Both the position numbers and the translations under genes were made by a program. The notes beneath the pieces were generated by a model, which was not told where the DNA came from, did not search any database, and saw nothing but the letters and a program-made list of their open reading frames with translations. Below, in pieces: positions 9,643 to 20,537 of a stretch of DNA of 64,000 nt. Within the stretch, counting starts at the first letter, position 1; each line of letters starts with the position of its first letter. The DNA is from a virus (taxonomy: Duplodnaviria > Caudoviricetes), in the IMG/VR virus record IMGVR_UViG_3300037067_003221, positions 1 to 64,000 of that record; one strand, written 5' to 3'.

Positions 9643-9925
9643 ATTGATTAAAAATTTACGGACATATTACCCGTTATCCGTTCCAGTGACCGTTAGGCGA
9701 GTAAAAATGCGCGACTGCGCTCGTACTAATTTTAATGGTTGTAAATTTTCCATAGCCGTCAACAAAGATCAACCTGATATTGGTTTAATTGACTCGTTAC
9801 TGCATGAATGGAGTCATTGTTTAGCCATAGAAGAAGCCTATTCGCATGATGGGCGATGGAGTGTGATTTTTGGTGAAATGTATGAGGATTGGGTGCATGG
9901 CTTTGAACGAGAAGAGGACGAATAA
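9620..9925 (+). CDS. Small HEXXH zinc metallopeptidase-like protein
   Basis: LLHEWSH...HD motif. Confidence 0.55.
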   Translation: MKVNKWRELIKNLRTYYPLSVPVTVRRVKMRDCARTNFNGCKFSIAVNKDQPDIGLIDSLLHEWSHCLAIEEAYSHDGRWSVIFGEMYEDWVHGFEREEDE

Positions 9926-10311
9926 TGTTTCAAATTACGTGTGACCGTGGAATATCCACACGAACAAAGAAACGTCTAATCCACGTAGCACACTGGCTAG
10001 AAGAAGAGTACCCATTCCGAACTAAAATCAAATTGATTCTAAGAAATAGATGCTGTATCAGATTGCCTACGTTAGGCCGTTGCTGGGGGTGTTATAATCG
10101 TATCAATAAAACTATGCAACTGGCTTGTGGCTGCAAAGCACCCACGCTATTGGAACACATGGATACTTTGATCCATGAGTTTGTACATTATGAACAAGCC
10201 CATCGTGGACAAAGGATGAATCATCGGGGTATGAGAAAGCGCGTGCTATCATTGCTTACAAAATACTTAAATCGATATAAAATTGCCAGAAACAGTAGGA
10301 TATTTACATGA
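9925..10311 (+). CDS. Small HEXXH zinc metallopeptidase-like protein
   Basis: TLIHEFVHYEQ...H motif (SprT-like). Confidence 0.55.
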   Translation: MFQITCDRGISTRTKKRLIHVAHWLEEEYPFRTKIKLILRNRCCIRLPTLGRCWGCYNRINKTMQLACGCKAPTLLEHMDTLIHEFVHYEQAHRGQRMNHRGMRKRVLSLLTKYLNRYKIARNSRIFT

Positions 10312-10739
10312 TCGTTATAAAATCTCAGGATGAAACTTTGATGCGGTCGTTAGGTGGTACTCTACGAAAAGGTGTATGGAAACTATGGAAGTTGCCTGAC
10401 GCAATCAAGCAACAACTCGGCGATGCCGTAGAAGGTTGCAACTACTTGCTTAATGGAGATTGGTTCTCGGATTTATATGCTATTTCCCTGGACCCCCGAT
10501 GCCACTGCTCCTATGCTACGCTAGTAAAACGGGCTGCCGAAGGCCATATTGATTTTACGGGCCGTGCCCGGCCAAGGATACCTTTTCGACGGGCCGCACA
10601 GCCGATTATTTTTAAGGGCACGACTTATACGACTATTGCAGCCTTTGCCCGTGCCCACGGACTAGACCCTAAACTAACCCGTGCCCGCCTGCGACTAGGC
10701 TGGTCATTTGAAGAAACCATTGAAGGAAAGCGAAAATGA
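10308..10739 (+). CDS. Putative DNA-binding protein (DPRC module plus HTH-like C-terminus)
   Basis: LDPRC.C.YATL and FKG..Y.TI...AR.HG......RL..GW..EE modules. Confidence 0.5.
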   Translation: MIVIKSQDETLMRSLGGTLRKGVWKLWKLPDAIKQQLGDAVEGCNYLLNGDWFSDLYAISLDPRCHCSYATLVKRAAEGHIDFTGRARPRIPFRRAAQPIIFKGTTYTTIAAFARAHGLDPKLTRARLRLGWSFEETIEGKRK

Positions 10740-11383
10740 ATCAACGTGACTACGATGAATTGTTGGGAGAGCCAGCTAAGAACAACCTAGATGAATTTCG
10801 ACGCTTACGGTTATCATTGGAACAGGTGCTTCGAGTAGAGAATGCTCGACACCGGGGTATTGTGGCTTCTGTTGAACAGAGCCTAGAGGCTTTGCAGCAA
10901 GCCTGTCCGCATCCGGTGAGTTCGTTGTCGAAACATTATGGCGTATTCCCGGAGGATACGTACACCCACTGTTATATTTGTGGTGCCGAACGATGATAAC
11001 AGTTTACATCATTCGCAAGAAAGGCACGGACCTATATCAAGGCCGAGCCTACTGGGGTCCATTCGGCAACGCCGAAGTATTTCAAGAGTGGCAAATGCCA
11101 CAAGTCCTTCGCGGCCTTAAATACGAGTCAGAGCGGTATGGAGAGTTTGAGTGGGAAATTTTACAATATGATTTAACGGAGACACCATGAGCATTAAACG
11201 AATTGGCATTGTTGAACTTATCAGAGATACCGAAGTCACTTGGCTTCATATCAAAGACAGTAAAGGGCGTGAGGCACTTTATAACGTGGAAGCATTGGCC
11301 GAGAAGCAATCGCCTATGTTGGGTAGCATCCTTCGTCAATGGGCTGACGATAAATTTAATTTTCCTAATGTAGAAGGTGCGTG

Positions 11384-12352
11384 ATGAAAAATATATTGGT
11401 TACTGGTGGGGCTGGATTCATTGGTTCACATTTATGCGAGCGACTGCTTGCCCGTGGCCATTATGTCGAATGTTGGGATAATTTATTTACCTCGACGATG
11501 GAGAACATTAACCACTTATTGGTGGTTCCTAATTTCAAGTTTTGTAAACATGATGTTAGATTTAGCGGCATACTATCAAGGGATTTTGACGAGATTTATA
11601 ATCTTGCCTGCCCAGCCGCGCCAGGACATTACCAATATAAGCCAATTTACACATTTGAGACGTGCATGAAGGGCACACTTAATTGCTTGAAGATTGCCGA
11701 AAGCTGCGGGGCAAAGATGGTCCAAGCCTCAACCAGCGAAGTATATGGCGACCCAACTGTTCATCCACAAGTTGAATCATATTGGGGTAATGTGAATCCT
11801 ATTGGCCCTCGCGCCTGCTATGATGAATCCAAGCGGGTGGCCGAAACTATTTGCATGGACTATCATCGACAATTTGGCGTAGATGTTAAGATTGCACGAA
11901 TCTTTAACACGTATGGTCCGCGTATGCACCCGTATGACGGGCGTGTGGTGTCTAATTTTATACGGCAGACTGTTACTGGTGAACCTATTACAATTTATGG
12001 CACTGGAAGTCAAACACGATCATTTTGTTTTCGTGACGATTTGATTGAAGGGCTACTGGCACTGATGGACGTTGAAGATTTTACTGGGCCAGTTAATCTT
12101 GGCAATCCAGAAGAATTTACAATTTTAGAACTTGCCGATACTATCGTGCGAATAGTAGGGTGCAGAACAAAGATTCAATGGAAGCCAGCACCAGTAGATG
12201 ATCCTGTTCGGCGAAAACCAGATATTACGCTTGCCAGACAAAAATTAAACTGGCAACCAGAATGGAACTTAACTACGGGTTTAATCAGAACCATAAATTG
12301 GTTTAGAGATATTGATTTATCCAAATACACCCCTCCAACTCCAAACTACTAA
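11384..12352 (+). CDS. uxs: UDP-glucuronate decarboxylase (UDP-xylose synthase)
   Basis: [64 protein letters not shown]. Confidence 0.92.
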   Translation: MKNILVTGGAGFIGSHLCERLLARGHYVECWDNLFTSTMENINHLLVVPNFKFCKHDVRFSGILSRDFDEIYNLACPAAPGHYQYKPIYTFETCMKGTLNCLKIAESCGAKMVQASTSEVYGDPTVHPQVESYWGNVNPIGPRACYDESKRVAETICMDYHRQFGVDVKIARIFNTYGPRMHPYDGRVVSNFIRQTVTGEPITIYGTGSQTRSFCFRDDLIEGLLALMDVEDFTGPVNLGNPEEFTILELADTIVRIVGCRTKIQWKPAPVDDPVRRKPDITLARQKLNWQPEWNLTTGLIRTINWFRDIDLSKYTPPTPNY

Positions 12353-12353
12353 T

Positions 12354-13652
12354 ATGAAAATTTCAATCATTGGCACTGGTTATGTGGGTCTAACGACAGG
12401 GACGTGCCTTGCCGAGACTGGTAATGACGTTATGTGCATCGACTGTGATGCCGACAAGATTCAGAATCTTAATAAGGGCATTATGCCCATTTACGAACCC
12501 GGCCTGGAAGAATTAGTTCGCAGTAATCGTAAAGCAAATCGACTACATTTTACAACCAGCCTTGAGAAGGTTGGAGAATCAGATGCAATTTTCATTGCCG
12601 TCGGCACACCGACTGATGAAGCAGGCGTTGCTGATATGCGGGTATTTTGGGTAGTTGTTGACCAACTGGCTCCGTACTTAAAATCCGGCAATATCGTCGT
12701 CATTAAAAGCACTGTCCCCGTGGGCACACATGCTAAAACGATGGAGCGTATCCAAAAGTTTACAAAACAAGAAGTCGCAGTCGTCAGCAACCCTGAATTT
12801 TTGAAAGAGGGCATGGCAATTGAGGACTGCATGAAACCCGACCGAGTAGTAATTGGAACTCGGCAAAGTTGGGCTGGATTGGCCATGCAAGAGTTATATG
12901 CCCCGTACCTGCGAACAGGGAAGCCGCTATTGTCATTATCGCCAGAGTCAGCAGAAATGACAAAGTACGTGGCAAATTGTTTTCTTGCCACTAAGATAAG
13001 TTTCATTAACGAAATGGCAAATATTTGCACAGAATTAGGAGCAGATATAAATGAAGTCAGAGCAGGGATTGGACATGACAGCCGTATTGGATTTTCCTTC
13101 CTGCACCCTGGCTGCGGTTATGGCGGAAGCTGCTTTCCTAAAGATATATACGCCTTGGCTTCGATGGCAAGCGGGGCAGGAGTTGCTCCGCACATCCTTA
13201 AAGCTGTCCAAGCTACAAATGCAAAACAAAAGCAACTTTTAGCCGATATGGTATGGCGGCATTTTGGACGCTTAACTGGAAAGACCTTTGCTTTATGGGG
13301 CTTGGCATTTAAGCCGGGCACAGATGATATTCGTGAAGCACCTGCACTGGCTTTCATAGATCGAATGCTTGATGCGGGGGCATACCTTCGGGTCCACGAC
13401 CCCGTTGCAATGGACAATGTTAAACGAATCTACGGAGATAAGTTGGTTTATTGCGAAAGCCCAATGGGCGCATTGAGAGAAGTTGATGGCCTTGTTATTG
13501 CGACAGAATGGAAGAGTTTTATCACTCCCGATTTTTCTGCAATGCGAGATTTAATGAAGGGTCATATAATTTTTGATGGCCGAAATATTTTTAAGCCCAT
13601 GCAAGTCCACCGCCAAGGGTTTATTTATTACAGTATAGGACAACAATTATGA
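12354..13652 (+). CDS. ugd: UDP-glucose 6-dehydrogenase
   Basis: GTGYVGL, PIYEPGL, SNPEFLKEG, GYGGSCFPKD, GLAFKPGTDDIRE, DGRN. Confidence 0.95.
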   Translation: MKISIIGTGYVGLTTGTCLAETGNDVMCIDCDADKIQNLNKGIMPIYEPGLEELVRSNRKANRLHFTTSLEKVGESDAIFIAVGTPTDEAGVADMRVFWVVVDQLAPYLKSGNIVVIKSTVPVGTHAKTMERIQKFTKQEVAVVSNPEFLKEGMAIEDCMKPDRVVIGTRQSWAGLAMQELYAPYLRTGKPLLSLSPESAEMTKYVANCFLATKISFINEMANICTELGADINEVRAGIGHDSRIGFSFLHPGCGYGGSCFPKDIYALASMASGAGVAPHILKAVQATNAKQKQLLADMVWRHFGRLTGKTFALWGLAFKPGTDDIREAPALAFIDRMLDAGAYLRVHDPVAMDNVKRIYGDKLVYCESPMGALREVDGLVIATEWKSFITPDFSAMRDLMKGHIIFDGRNIFKPMQVHRQGFIYYSIGQQL

Positions 13653-13958
13653 AAATGTTCAGCGATTGTAGTGGCCCATGTGAAACCTGCCAGTCCCACC
13701 GTTTGGGTGGGTGTCTTGCTGGGCATGGTGACGACGATTACGTGGAAGCCACCCCAGAGTGGTTGGAAGCCAATAAAGATCGAATAATCAAGGCCCAAGA
13801 GAACCGTGCAGTATTCTATGCTAAACTTAATGAGCAGCGTAAACAACGGTTGGCACGATAATTGCAGTAATGGAGAATAGCATCTGCGAACCTCATTATA
13901 GCAGTAAATGAGGCAAATAAACAACAATATGTTTCCTTTTATAAACAACGGAGTTTTT

Positions 13959-15082
13959 ATGTACGCTACCACACTCGAACGCGACGGGGAAATCCTGTGG
14001 ATAAATAAATTCGCGTTTGAACCAAAATTGAAAGATGTGACTGAGGCTTTGCGGGCCGATGCCCAAAAGAGCCGAGATTATGCACAAGTGTTAGAACGCA
14101 ATCCAGATGGTCGGCCAGATTTTCGTTGTAAGAACTCGGAACTTGCCGCCGACTGCCGCGAGTATTCGGCGAAGTTGCTCGATCTAACTATCGAGCTAAT
14201 CACTGATCCTACTAAATTTCAAATCATTTCGAGGGTAACAGAATGAACGATAAGACAGAACAAAACGTAATTCCTGAACAACGTGGCCGTCCTTATGGGT
14301 TGGTCAATGGACCTATTTCTCGTTGGTTTGAGACGGCTGACGAACGCGATGCGTATGCCCGGTCTCGACGTAATTATCGTAAATGGGAGCGAGTGGATAA
14401 CGTCTAATGTGTCAACCATTATTATCAGGCGAAGATATGCACTTATACTGGCAAGCGGTGCAACGAGATCAACAAAATCGTGAGGCAAAGAAAATGACAA
14501 ACACAACGAATCGAATGTATCGAGCAACTTTGACTATTCATGGTGAGTTTGTGTGGTCTGGGGTATTTGACAAGTATCCTACGACCAGTGAAGTCATTGA
14601 TGCTTGGCGGGTTGAGGACAAGAAAAGTGCAACCTTTGACAAGGTGGATATTGTGCCATGTACATCATAACTGTTGAGTATAGCGGTAGGGTTATTGATG
14701 TTTGGAAATTAAGAACCAAACCAACTCTAACAGAAACTAAAACTTTTCTTCGCACTGATGCACAAAGGCACCGGGAGATTGCGCAGAAATTACGATTCCT
14801 GCCTGGAAAGAAGCCAGACATGACAATTGATAATTTGGAACTTTCGCACCGCGAAAATGATTGGGCCAGTTTCCTACAAGAGGCCGCTAACAACATAAAT
14901 GATTGTGTTATTAGGAGCAGGAAATGTACACAGTGACCGCGTGGGAAGAAGGCAACCTTGTATGGGAGAGCCTGTACGACTCCAAACCTACTCACTACCA
15001 AATCATGGATGATATGTTGCGAGAGGGTGTTCATGCTGACGAGTGGGATTACATTTCAATGGAGAGAGAATATGACGCTTAA
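13959..15082 (+). other. Cluster of four related small CDSs (13959-14246, ~14494-14670, 14658-14936, 14924-15082)
   Basis: Shared N-terminal MY..T....G.......P pattern; the last ORF (52 aa) is missing from the track. Confidence 0.5.
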
Positions 15083-15309
15083 TCAATATCGACCTTTCAT
15101 CATGCACTTGTTACAGAATCAACCAGAGGCGGTTGATTTCGATGCTTGGAGAGAAGGTCGTATGACTTTTGAAGAAGCTGTGACTAATGCGGCTAAGATG
15201 TTGTTCTTGAGTAAACAAGAACTACAACGAAAATACGACTATATCCCAGCAGAAATTCGTGAAAAGTATAAGCCGACTGAACCCGTTTATTTCCACTCAG
15301 GATTTTAGT

Positions 15310-15621
15310 ATGAATATCAAACAATTGCGAGAAGCCATCGCTTCGCTACCTGACGGTATGGACGTGCGAATCATTGGAGAAGAGTTTAACGACGTGTGGC
15401 ATATCAATGGTGTTTGTATGCTTGGCAAGAAGCCGCATTTATTTACAGTAGATGAAGCTGCCGAGTTATGTAGAAAACCACCATCAGCAATTTACTGGTT
15501 GTGTACCCACGATAAGATCAATTGTTTTCACGACGGGATGCAATATCGTATTCCATCAGAAGAGGTTTACAAATTATATGAGCAGTATCACTTCACAACT
15601 GACCAGCAAGAGATTGATTAG
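15310..15621 (+). CDS. Excisionase-like helix-turn-helix protein
   Basis: FTVDEAAELC......IYW.C....I......YRIP..EV. Confidence 0.65.
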   Translation: MNIKQLREAIASLPDGMDVRIIGEEFNDVWHINGVCMLGKKPHLFTVDEAAELCRKPPSAIYWLCTHDKINCFHDGMQYRIPSEEVYKLYEQYHFTTDQQEID

Positions 15622-16486
15622 CCCGCCGTCTTGGCTGCAAGATAACATCATGTTTGAAGGTTTGCAAGGTAGCAATGCGTATGGCGTTGCGGTTAATACC
15701 AGCGACTTCGATATTGTTGGATTTTGTATCCCTCCGAAGGATATGATTTTTCCGCATCTTGCGGGGCATATCGAAGGGTTTGGTCGCCAACGTGAACGGT
15801 TTGTGTGCTACCAAAAGCACCATGTCATTGACCCTTCGGCACAGAGCGGTGCCGGTCGAGAGTACGATCTGAACATTTATAACATTGTTCACTACTTTCA
15901 TTTGGCAATGGACAACAATCCAAATATGCTGACGAGCCTATTCCTACCACAAGATTGCGTATTGTTTACTACGCAAGTTGGTAACATGGTTCGAGAACGT
16001 CGTCGTATCTTCTTGCATAAAGGTGCATGGCACCGCTTCAAGGGATATGCGTATTCTCAGCTTAGTGAAATGGGTCGGAAGCCAGATGAAGGTAGCAAGC
16101 GTGACGCGCTTGTTAAGAAGTTTGGCTTTGATGTTAAGTTCGCTTACCATCTTGTCCGCCTCATGTATGAGATTGAGCAAATCCTGACGACAGGTGATTT
16201 AGACCTTCGGCGTAACTCGGAGGAATTGAAGGCCATCCGACGTGGAGAAGTTCCAGAGGACGCTATTCGTAGATTCTTTTCCGAGAAAGAAAAGTTTCTT
16301 GAAGGTTTGTACGAGCAATCCGATTTGCCGTGGGGTCCGCGAGAGAAGGAAATTAAACAACTTCTACTCGACTGTTTGGAAACTCATTATGGGTCACTAG
16401 AGAAATGTATTGTAACTGACCAGATGCCGCTGCAAGCCCTTCGGGATATTGCACGTATTGTTGACGAACATCGGAGTATGCTATGA
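15578..16486 (+). CDS. DNA polymerase beta superfamily nucleotidyltransferase (YcgL/RlaP-like)
   Basis: GS.AYG.....SDFD motif, NNPN, GFDVKFAYHLVRL, L.AIRRGE. Confidence 0.8.
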   Translation: MSSITSQLTSKRLISPPSWLQDNIMFEGLQGSNAYGVAVNTSDFDIVGFCIPPKDMIFPHLAGHIEGFGRQRERFVCYQKHHVIDPSAQSGAGREYDLNIYNIVHYFHLAMDNNPNMLTSLFLPQDCVLFTTQVGNMVRERRRIFLHKGAWHRFKGYAYSQLSEMGRKPDEGSKRDALVKKFGFDVKFAYHLVRLMYEIEQILTTGDLDLRRNSEELKAIRRGEVPEDAIRRFFSEKEKFLEGLYEQSDLPWGPREKEIKQLLLDCLETHYGSLEKCIVTDQMPLQALRDIARIVDEHRSML

Positions 16487-16782
16487 AATTTTTACTATGC
16501 AAACAATGCAGTGACATTGTGAAACTAGACTACACGCCTCGATCTTGTAAGTGTGGGGCATCGGAGGGGCACTACCTCGAAGATGGCTTACACTCCGAGA
16601 TTAAGGGTGAGTTTGCCATGTGCCTGGGGTTTGCTAACTCTTCATTCGTGAGGGCATTGCATAACCACGCAGACATGCCGGAAGGGCAACCACCAACCCG
16701 CAATCGTGGCCCAGGATTTGGCTGGCAATTTGAAGCATTTATCATTCCTGAAAACGCACCAACAGTTAAGAGGGTAGTATGA
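16483..16782 (+). CDS. Hypothetical Zn-binding protein
   Basis: CKQC...CKCG. Confidence 0.55.
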   Translation: MKFLLCKQCSDIVKLDYTPRSCKCGASEGHYLEDGLHSEIKGEFAMCLGFANSSFVRALHNHADMPEGQPPTRNRGPGFGWQFEAFIIPENAPTVKRVV

Positions 16783-17296
16783 AAGATCAAACCTCCACAA
16801 CCAAACCAGAAGTTGAAGTCGAAGAAAACAAGATTGAAGAAACAAAACCCGATGCTAATCGAGATTATGCTATCGGCTATGCAAAAGAATTTCTCTCGGA
16901 TATAGGATGTTGGTAATGAACACAGAATCCCTAATCATGGAACTTACTCAAATAGAGACTCTTTTGAATCAGAGCATCACTGGTATCAAAGTCTGCTCAG
17001 ATAATGGTAGGACTTCCTATTTGAATCAACCCAGACGAGACGCATCACTCCGACTTGCTAGAAGTATGGTGAAGCGGCTTAACGAACGATTGGAGTCCGA
17101 AGGATGCTGCCCTACTTTGAATTAAACTTCGATGGCGTGTGGCCAGGACATGGCGGCTACCTTGGCTTGTACATGCAGGGCGGTAAGGTCTATATGGACC
17201 TTGGTGCCGGGCGACATGCTTGTGGAGATAATGAGTTGACTCCTGAACAAGTTCGTGAACTTTCACATTGGCTAGATATAGCGGAGGTTAGAATAG

Positions 17297-17707
17297 ATGG
17301 ATAGGCCACAAATTGGTGTTAGTGTATTCATTCGACGCAATGGTAAGATACTCTTGGGAAAACGCATTGGAAAACATGCAAATGGTTTCTATGCAACTCC
17401 TGGCGGGCACCTAGAAGGTGGCGAGTCGTTTGAACAATGTGCCATTCGAGAAGCCGAAGAAGAAACCGGCCTTCAATTGATTGGTGCTAAATTCAAAGCG
17501 ATCATCAACACCATTTTTTATAATGAAAGCAAACACTATGTCTTGATTATCATGGTAGCCGATTGTCCAGATGGGCAAGAGCCTGTGAATACAGAACCAG
17601 CTAAATGTGAGGGCTGGGAATGGTATGACTGGGCCAAACTACCTACGCCATTGATGCAGGGCACAGCGAAGTTTGTAGCACACGGCGGAAATCCATTTGA
17701 GGTTTAA
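17297..17707 (+). CDS. Nudix hydrolase (NUDT15/MutT-like)
   Basis: PGGHLEGGESFEQCAIREAEEETG Nudix box; EPAKCEGWEW. Confidence 0.9.
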   Translation: MDRPQIGVSVFIRRNGKILLGKRIGKHANGFYATPGGHLEGGESFEQCAIREAEEETGLQLIGAKFKAIINTIFYNESKHYVLIIMVADCPDGQEPVNTEPAKCEGWEWYDWAKLPTPLMQGTAKFVAHGGNPFEV

Positions 17708-17708
17708 T

Positions 17709-17996
17709 ATGATTGTTGCAATAGATTTTGATGACACATTCACTGTGGACCCTCGAACATGGCGGTCGGTAATTCGGACGCTCGTTGACGCTGGCCATAC
17801 GGTGATTTGTGCCACCGCCCGTGGCTACTCAGAAGCAAATGAACGCGACCTTCAAGGTGCCACGGGAGTTAAAGTAATCTTCTGCGGCATCGAAGTTTGT
17901 AAGCGTGTGGCTTGCGCATGGGCTGGCTACAAGGTGGATGTGTGGATTGATGATACGCCACAGGCTATAGATACTGCGATTTACAAAAGGAAATAA
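17709..17996 (+). CDS. Minimal HAD-superfamily phosphatase
   Basis: AIDFDDT, TAR, K, WIDD motifs. Confidence 0.75.
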   Translation: MIVAIDFDDTFTVDPRTWRSVIRTLVDAGHTVICATARGYSEANERDLQGATGVKVIFCGIEVCKRVACAWAGYKVDVWIDDTPQAIDTAIYKRK

Positions 17997-18212
17997 CATG
18001 ACTCTTGACATTAACTTTACCGATCGCAGTGACGCACTGTTGATGTTATTGCGGCCAATTACTTGGCCGGGTGGTTCTGATGTTTGGCAGCGAAAAGAAA
18101 TTGTCAACCAGCGTCGTCGAGACGTACACCTTATACTACCATTTCTTACTGAGTCTGAAAAGGCGTTAGCAGAGCAGTGGCTTAAAGACGAAAAACATGA
18201 AGGACTTTGGGA

Positions 18213-18632
18213 ATGAACACACAAATTAAAGGCTTCGGTGGCCAATATCGATTTTTGTCGAATTTTTATCCGTGCGTCTTGCAATTAGACGGGTTGGAAT
18301 TTCCTACTTTGGAACATGCCTATCAAGCCAGCAAAGTTGTAGTTTTGCCAAGTAGAAAATTATTTCAACATGGGACTCCTGGGCAGGCAAAGCGACTAGG
18401 TAATGGGATTACTCTCAGGCCAGATTGGGAAGAAGTCAAGATTGATGTTATGTTATCTTTGCTTCGGCAGAAGTTCGCACAAGAGCCGTTGAAACAAATG
18501 CTATTGGAAACAGGAGACGCATATCTTGAAGAAACAAATTCTTGGGGCGATATTTTCTGGGGTGTGTATAATGAAATGGGACAAAATTGGTTAGGTAAAC
18601 TCCTGATGCAGGTAAGAGAGGAATTACAATGA
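18213..18632 (+). CDS. NADAR family protein (YbiA-like)
   Basis: FLSNFY, EHAYQA.K, AK.LG, RPDW, KF.Q, L.TG, D.FWG, GQN.LG.LLM.VR. Confidence 0.9.
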   Translation: MNTQIKGFGGQYRFLSNFYPCVLQLDGLEFPTLEHAYQASKVVVLPSRKLFQHGTPGQAKRLGNGITLRPDWEEVKIDVMLSLLRQKFAQEPLKQMLLETGDAYLEETNSWGDIFWGVYNEMGQNWLGKLLMQVREELQ

Positions 18633-18738
18633 GGCTTTTCGATTGTTTTGCTTGTACGTTCGTGTTTACTTATGGCTTCTTTATAGGTGTGATCCTTTAT
18701 GATCTCGCCCAATTACTACCAGTAATGTGGAAACTATT

Positions 18739-19281
18739 ATGAAAAATACTGATGACGCTCAAACGATTTTCACTATCTTAACACAACGAGTTAAGAAAAA
18801 TCCAGTGCTGGAACAAAGTTTCTTGCATTGTTTTGGGTTAATGTACGATCACCTGTTGGCTGGCGGATTCTTTTGTGAGCAAGATCAGCAAGTTGAAAAC
18901 TCTACTGAGTTCAAAACCTGTGTAGCCTGCGGAAAGAAAATCTATCTACTGGATATTTTTTCTCCTGTTGACGACCCGGCCCAGGCTTGTTGGGATGGTG
19001 GTATTGTTGAATGGGTTACTGCCGGATATGGCTCTCGACACGATATGGACAAGTATTTAATTTGCTTGTGCGATGATTGTGTTAGTGGCATCCAAGATTA
19101 TGAACGTAACCCCAAGACAAAAGACGGTGTGGTTGTTTATGCTGGTATGCCCCTCTATAAGAAGGGCCTCGACGACGGAACGATGACCTGTCATGCAGAC
19201 GTTCGAGCAACCTGGATCGACTGGGAAGGCCGAACCTTTGTGGATGATGTTGGTAACTATTACTCGGAACCACAAGAATGA
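18739..19281 (+). CDS. Hypothetical Zn-finger protein, paralogue of 30547-30762
   Basis: CxxCG...DGG.V......GSRH......CDDC shared by both. Confidence 0.5.
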   Translation: MKNTDDAQTIFTILTQRVKKNPVLEQSFLHCFGLMYDHLLAGGFFCEQDQQVENSTEFKTCVACGKKIYLLDIFSPVDDPAQACWDGGIVEWVTAGYGSRHDMDKYLICLCDDCVSGIQDYERNPKTKDGVVVYAGMPLYKKGLDDGTMTCHADVRATWIDWEGRTFVDDVGNYYSEPQE

Positions 19282-19477
19282 GAGAAGAAACTGATGTATC
19301 ACAGCCGCTACTCCCCAAACGTAAGCGGCCTTTTGGCATTTGCTATGGCAAGCGAACAAGATGGTTTGAAACAGAAAAGGCCCGTGACCAATCCTATCTT
19401 GATTTGAAGAAGAAGATTAAACCACTGTTGCACATTGACCCAACACTTGGCAAGGGCTTAAAGAAAGTTAATAAAGA

Positions 19478-20155
19478 ATGATTATCTTAGAACTACACGC
19501 TGGCGAAGGTGGCACAGATTCCAAATTATTTGTGGATAATCTGTTCGCTGCCTATGTTAAATATGCGCTGGCTCTTGGCCTGAAAGTAGAATTACTAGAT
19601 TCAGACCTGGGACACGTTACGGCTAGAATCGCAGGTGACGGGGTTAAAGAAGCATTTGCAAAAGAAGCCGGTAAACATTGTGTTCAGCGAGTCCCGCCAA
19701 CCGAGCATAAAGGTCGTAAGCAGACCAGTTATGTGAATGTAGGTGTGCTACCAATTCGCCCGGCGAAAGAATATCAACCCTTGCGACCAGAGGATTTGGA
19801 AACGACCTGTATGATTGGCACCGGCCCAGGCGGGCAGCATCGACAAAAGACAGCTTCATGCGTCCGCATTATTCATTTGCCGACACGTATTTCAGCAGTG
19901 ATTGATGGGCGTGACCAGCATACTAATCGTCGAATTGCTTTGGAAGTTTTGACGGCCAGGGTCAATGAAGCCCGATTAGCTGGCGAGAATGCGGATTACG
20001 GGAAGTTGCGTAAGGCACAGTTAGGCGACGGCGGGCGTGGCGAAAAGATTCGCACGTACAATTTCATCAAGTCAAGGGCGACCGATCATCGCACTGGCAA
20101 GAAAACTAGTAACATCGACGCAGTGATGCGAGGAAGGTTCGATCTACTATGCTAA
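19478..20155 (+). CDS. Peptide chain release factor 1-like protein lacking the N-terminal domain
   Basis: AGEGG, QRVPPTE (RF1-type PxT), HTS-like QTS, GPGGQH, KIRTYNF...R.TDHR; only 225 aa. Confidence 0.85.
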   Translation: MIILELHAGEGGTDSKLFVDNLFAAYVKYALALGLKVELLDSDLGHVTARIAGDGVKEAFAKEAGKHCVQRVPPTEHKGRKQTSYVNVGVLPIRPAKEYQPLRPEDLETTCMIGTGPGGQHRQKTASCVRIIHLPTRISAVIDGRDQHTNRRIALEVLTARVNEARLAGENADYGKLRKAQLGDGGRGEKIRTYNFIKSRATDHRTGKKTSNIDAVMRGRFDLLC

Positions 20156-20537
20156 GAATAAAGCACCAAGAGGTATTAAATTATGATTACTGATTCAAGT
20201 TTAGTCATTACACTAAGAGAATTAACTAAAGCCTTTTATGCAAAAGAAATACTTAAAAGAGAACAAGAGGCTAAGAGGGCAAAATCAGACGCAGAACAAT
20301 GGGTTCAAAACCGATATGCAGAGATTTTGGAAAACTTGCCAATATATGCTGCACAAGGTAAATATACCTACTCAACCACAACTAATGGAAAGGGAGAAGC
20401 AACATGGGAGGTTCAAGAATTGATAAAGAGGCTCTGCGCGTTAGGCTTAAAGGCTCACTATAAACTTCAACAGTATCCTAACGGTTGGAATAGACCATAT
20501 CATGTGTCTCTTATCAATATTTATTGGGGTTGAAATC

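Noticed and set aside
15310-15621. Prophage integration module implied by an excisionase-like HTH
   Set aside because: No integrase, att-flanked boundary or host genes in the window
19478-20155. Calling the release factor PrfH because RtcB is present
   Set aside because: It has the RF1 PxT motif and the RTYNF/TDHR C-terminal region, and lies 28 kb from rtcB
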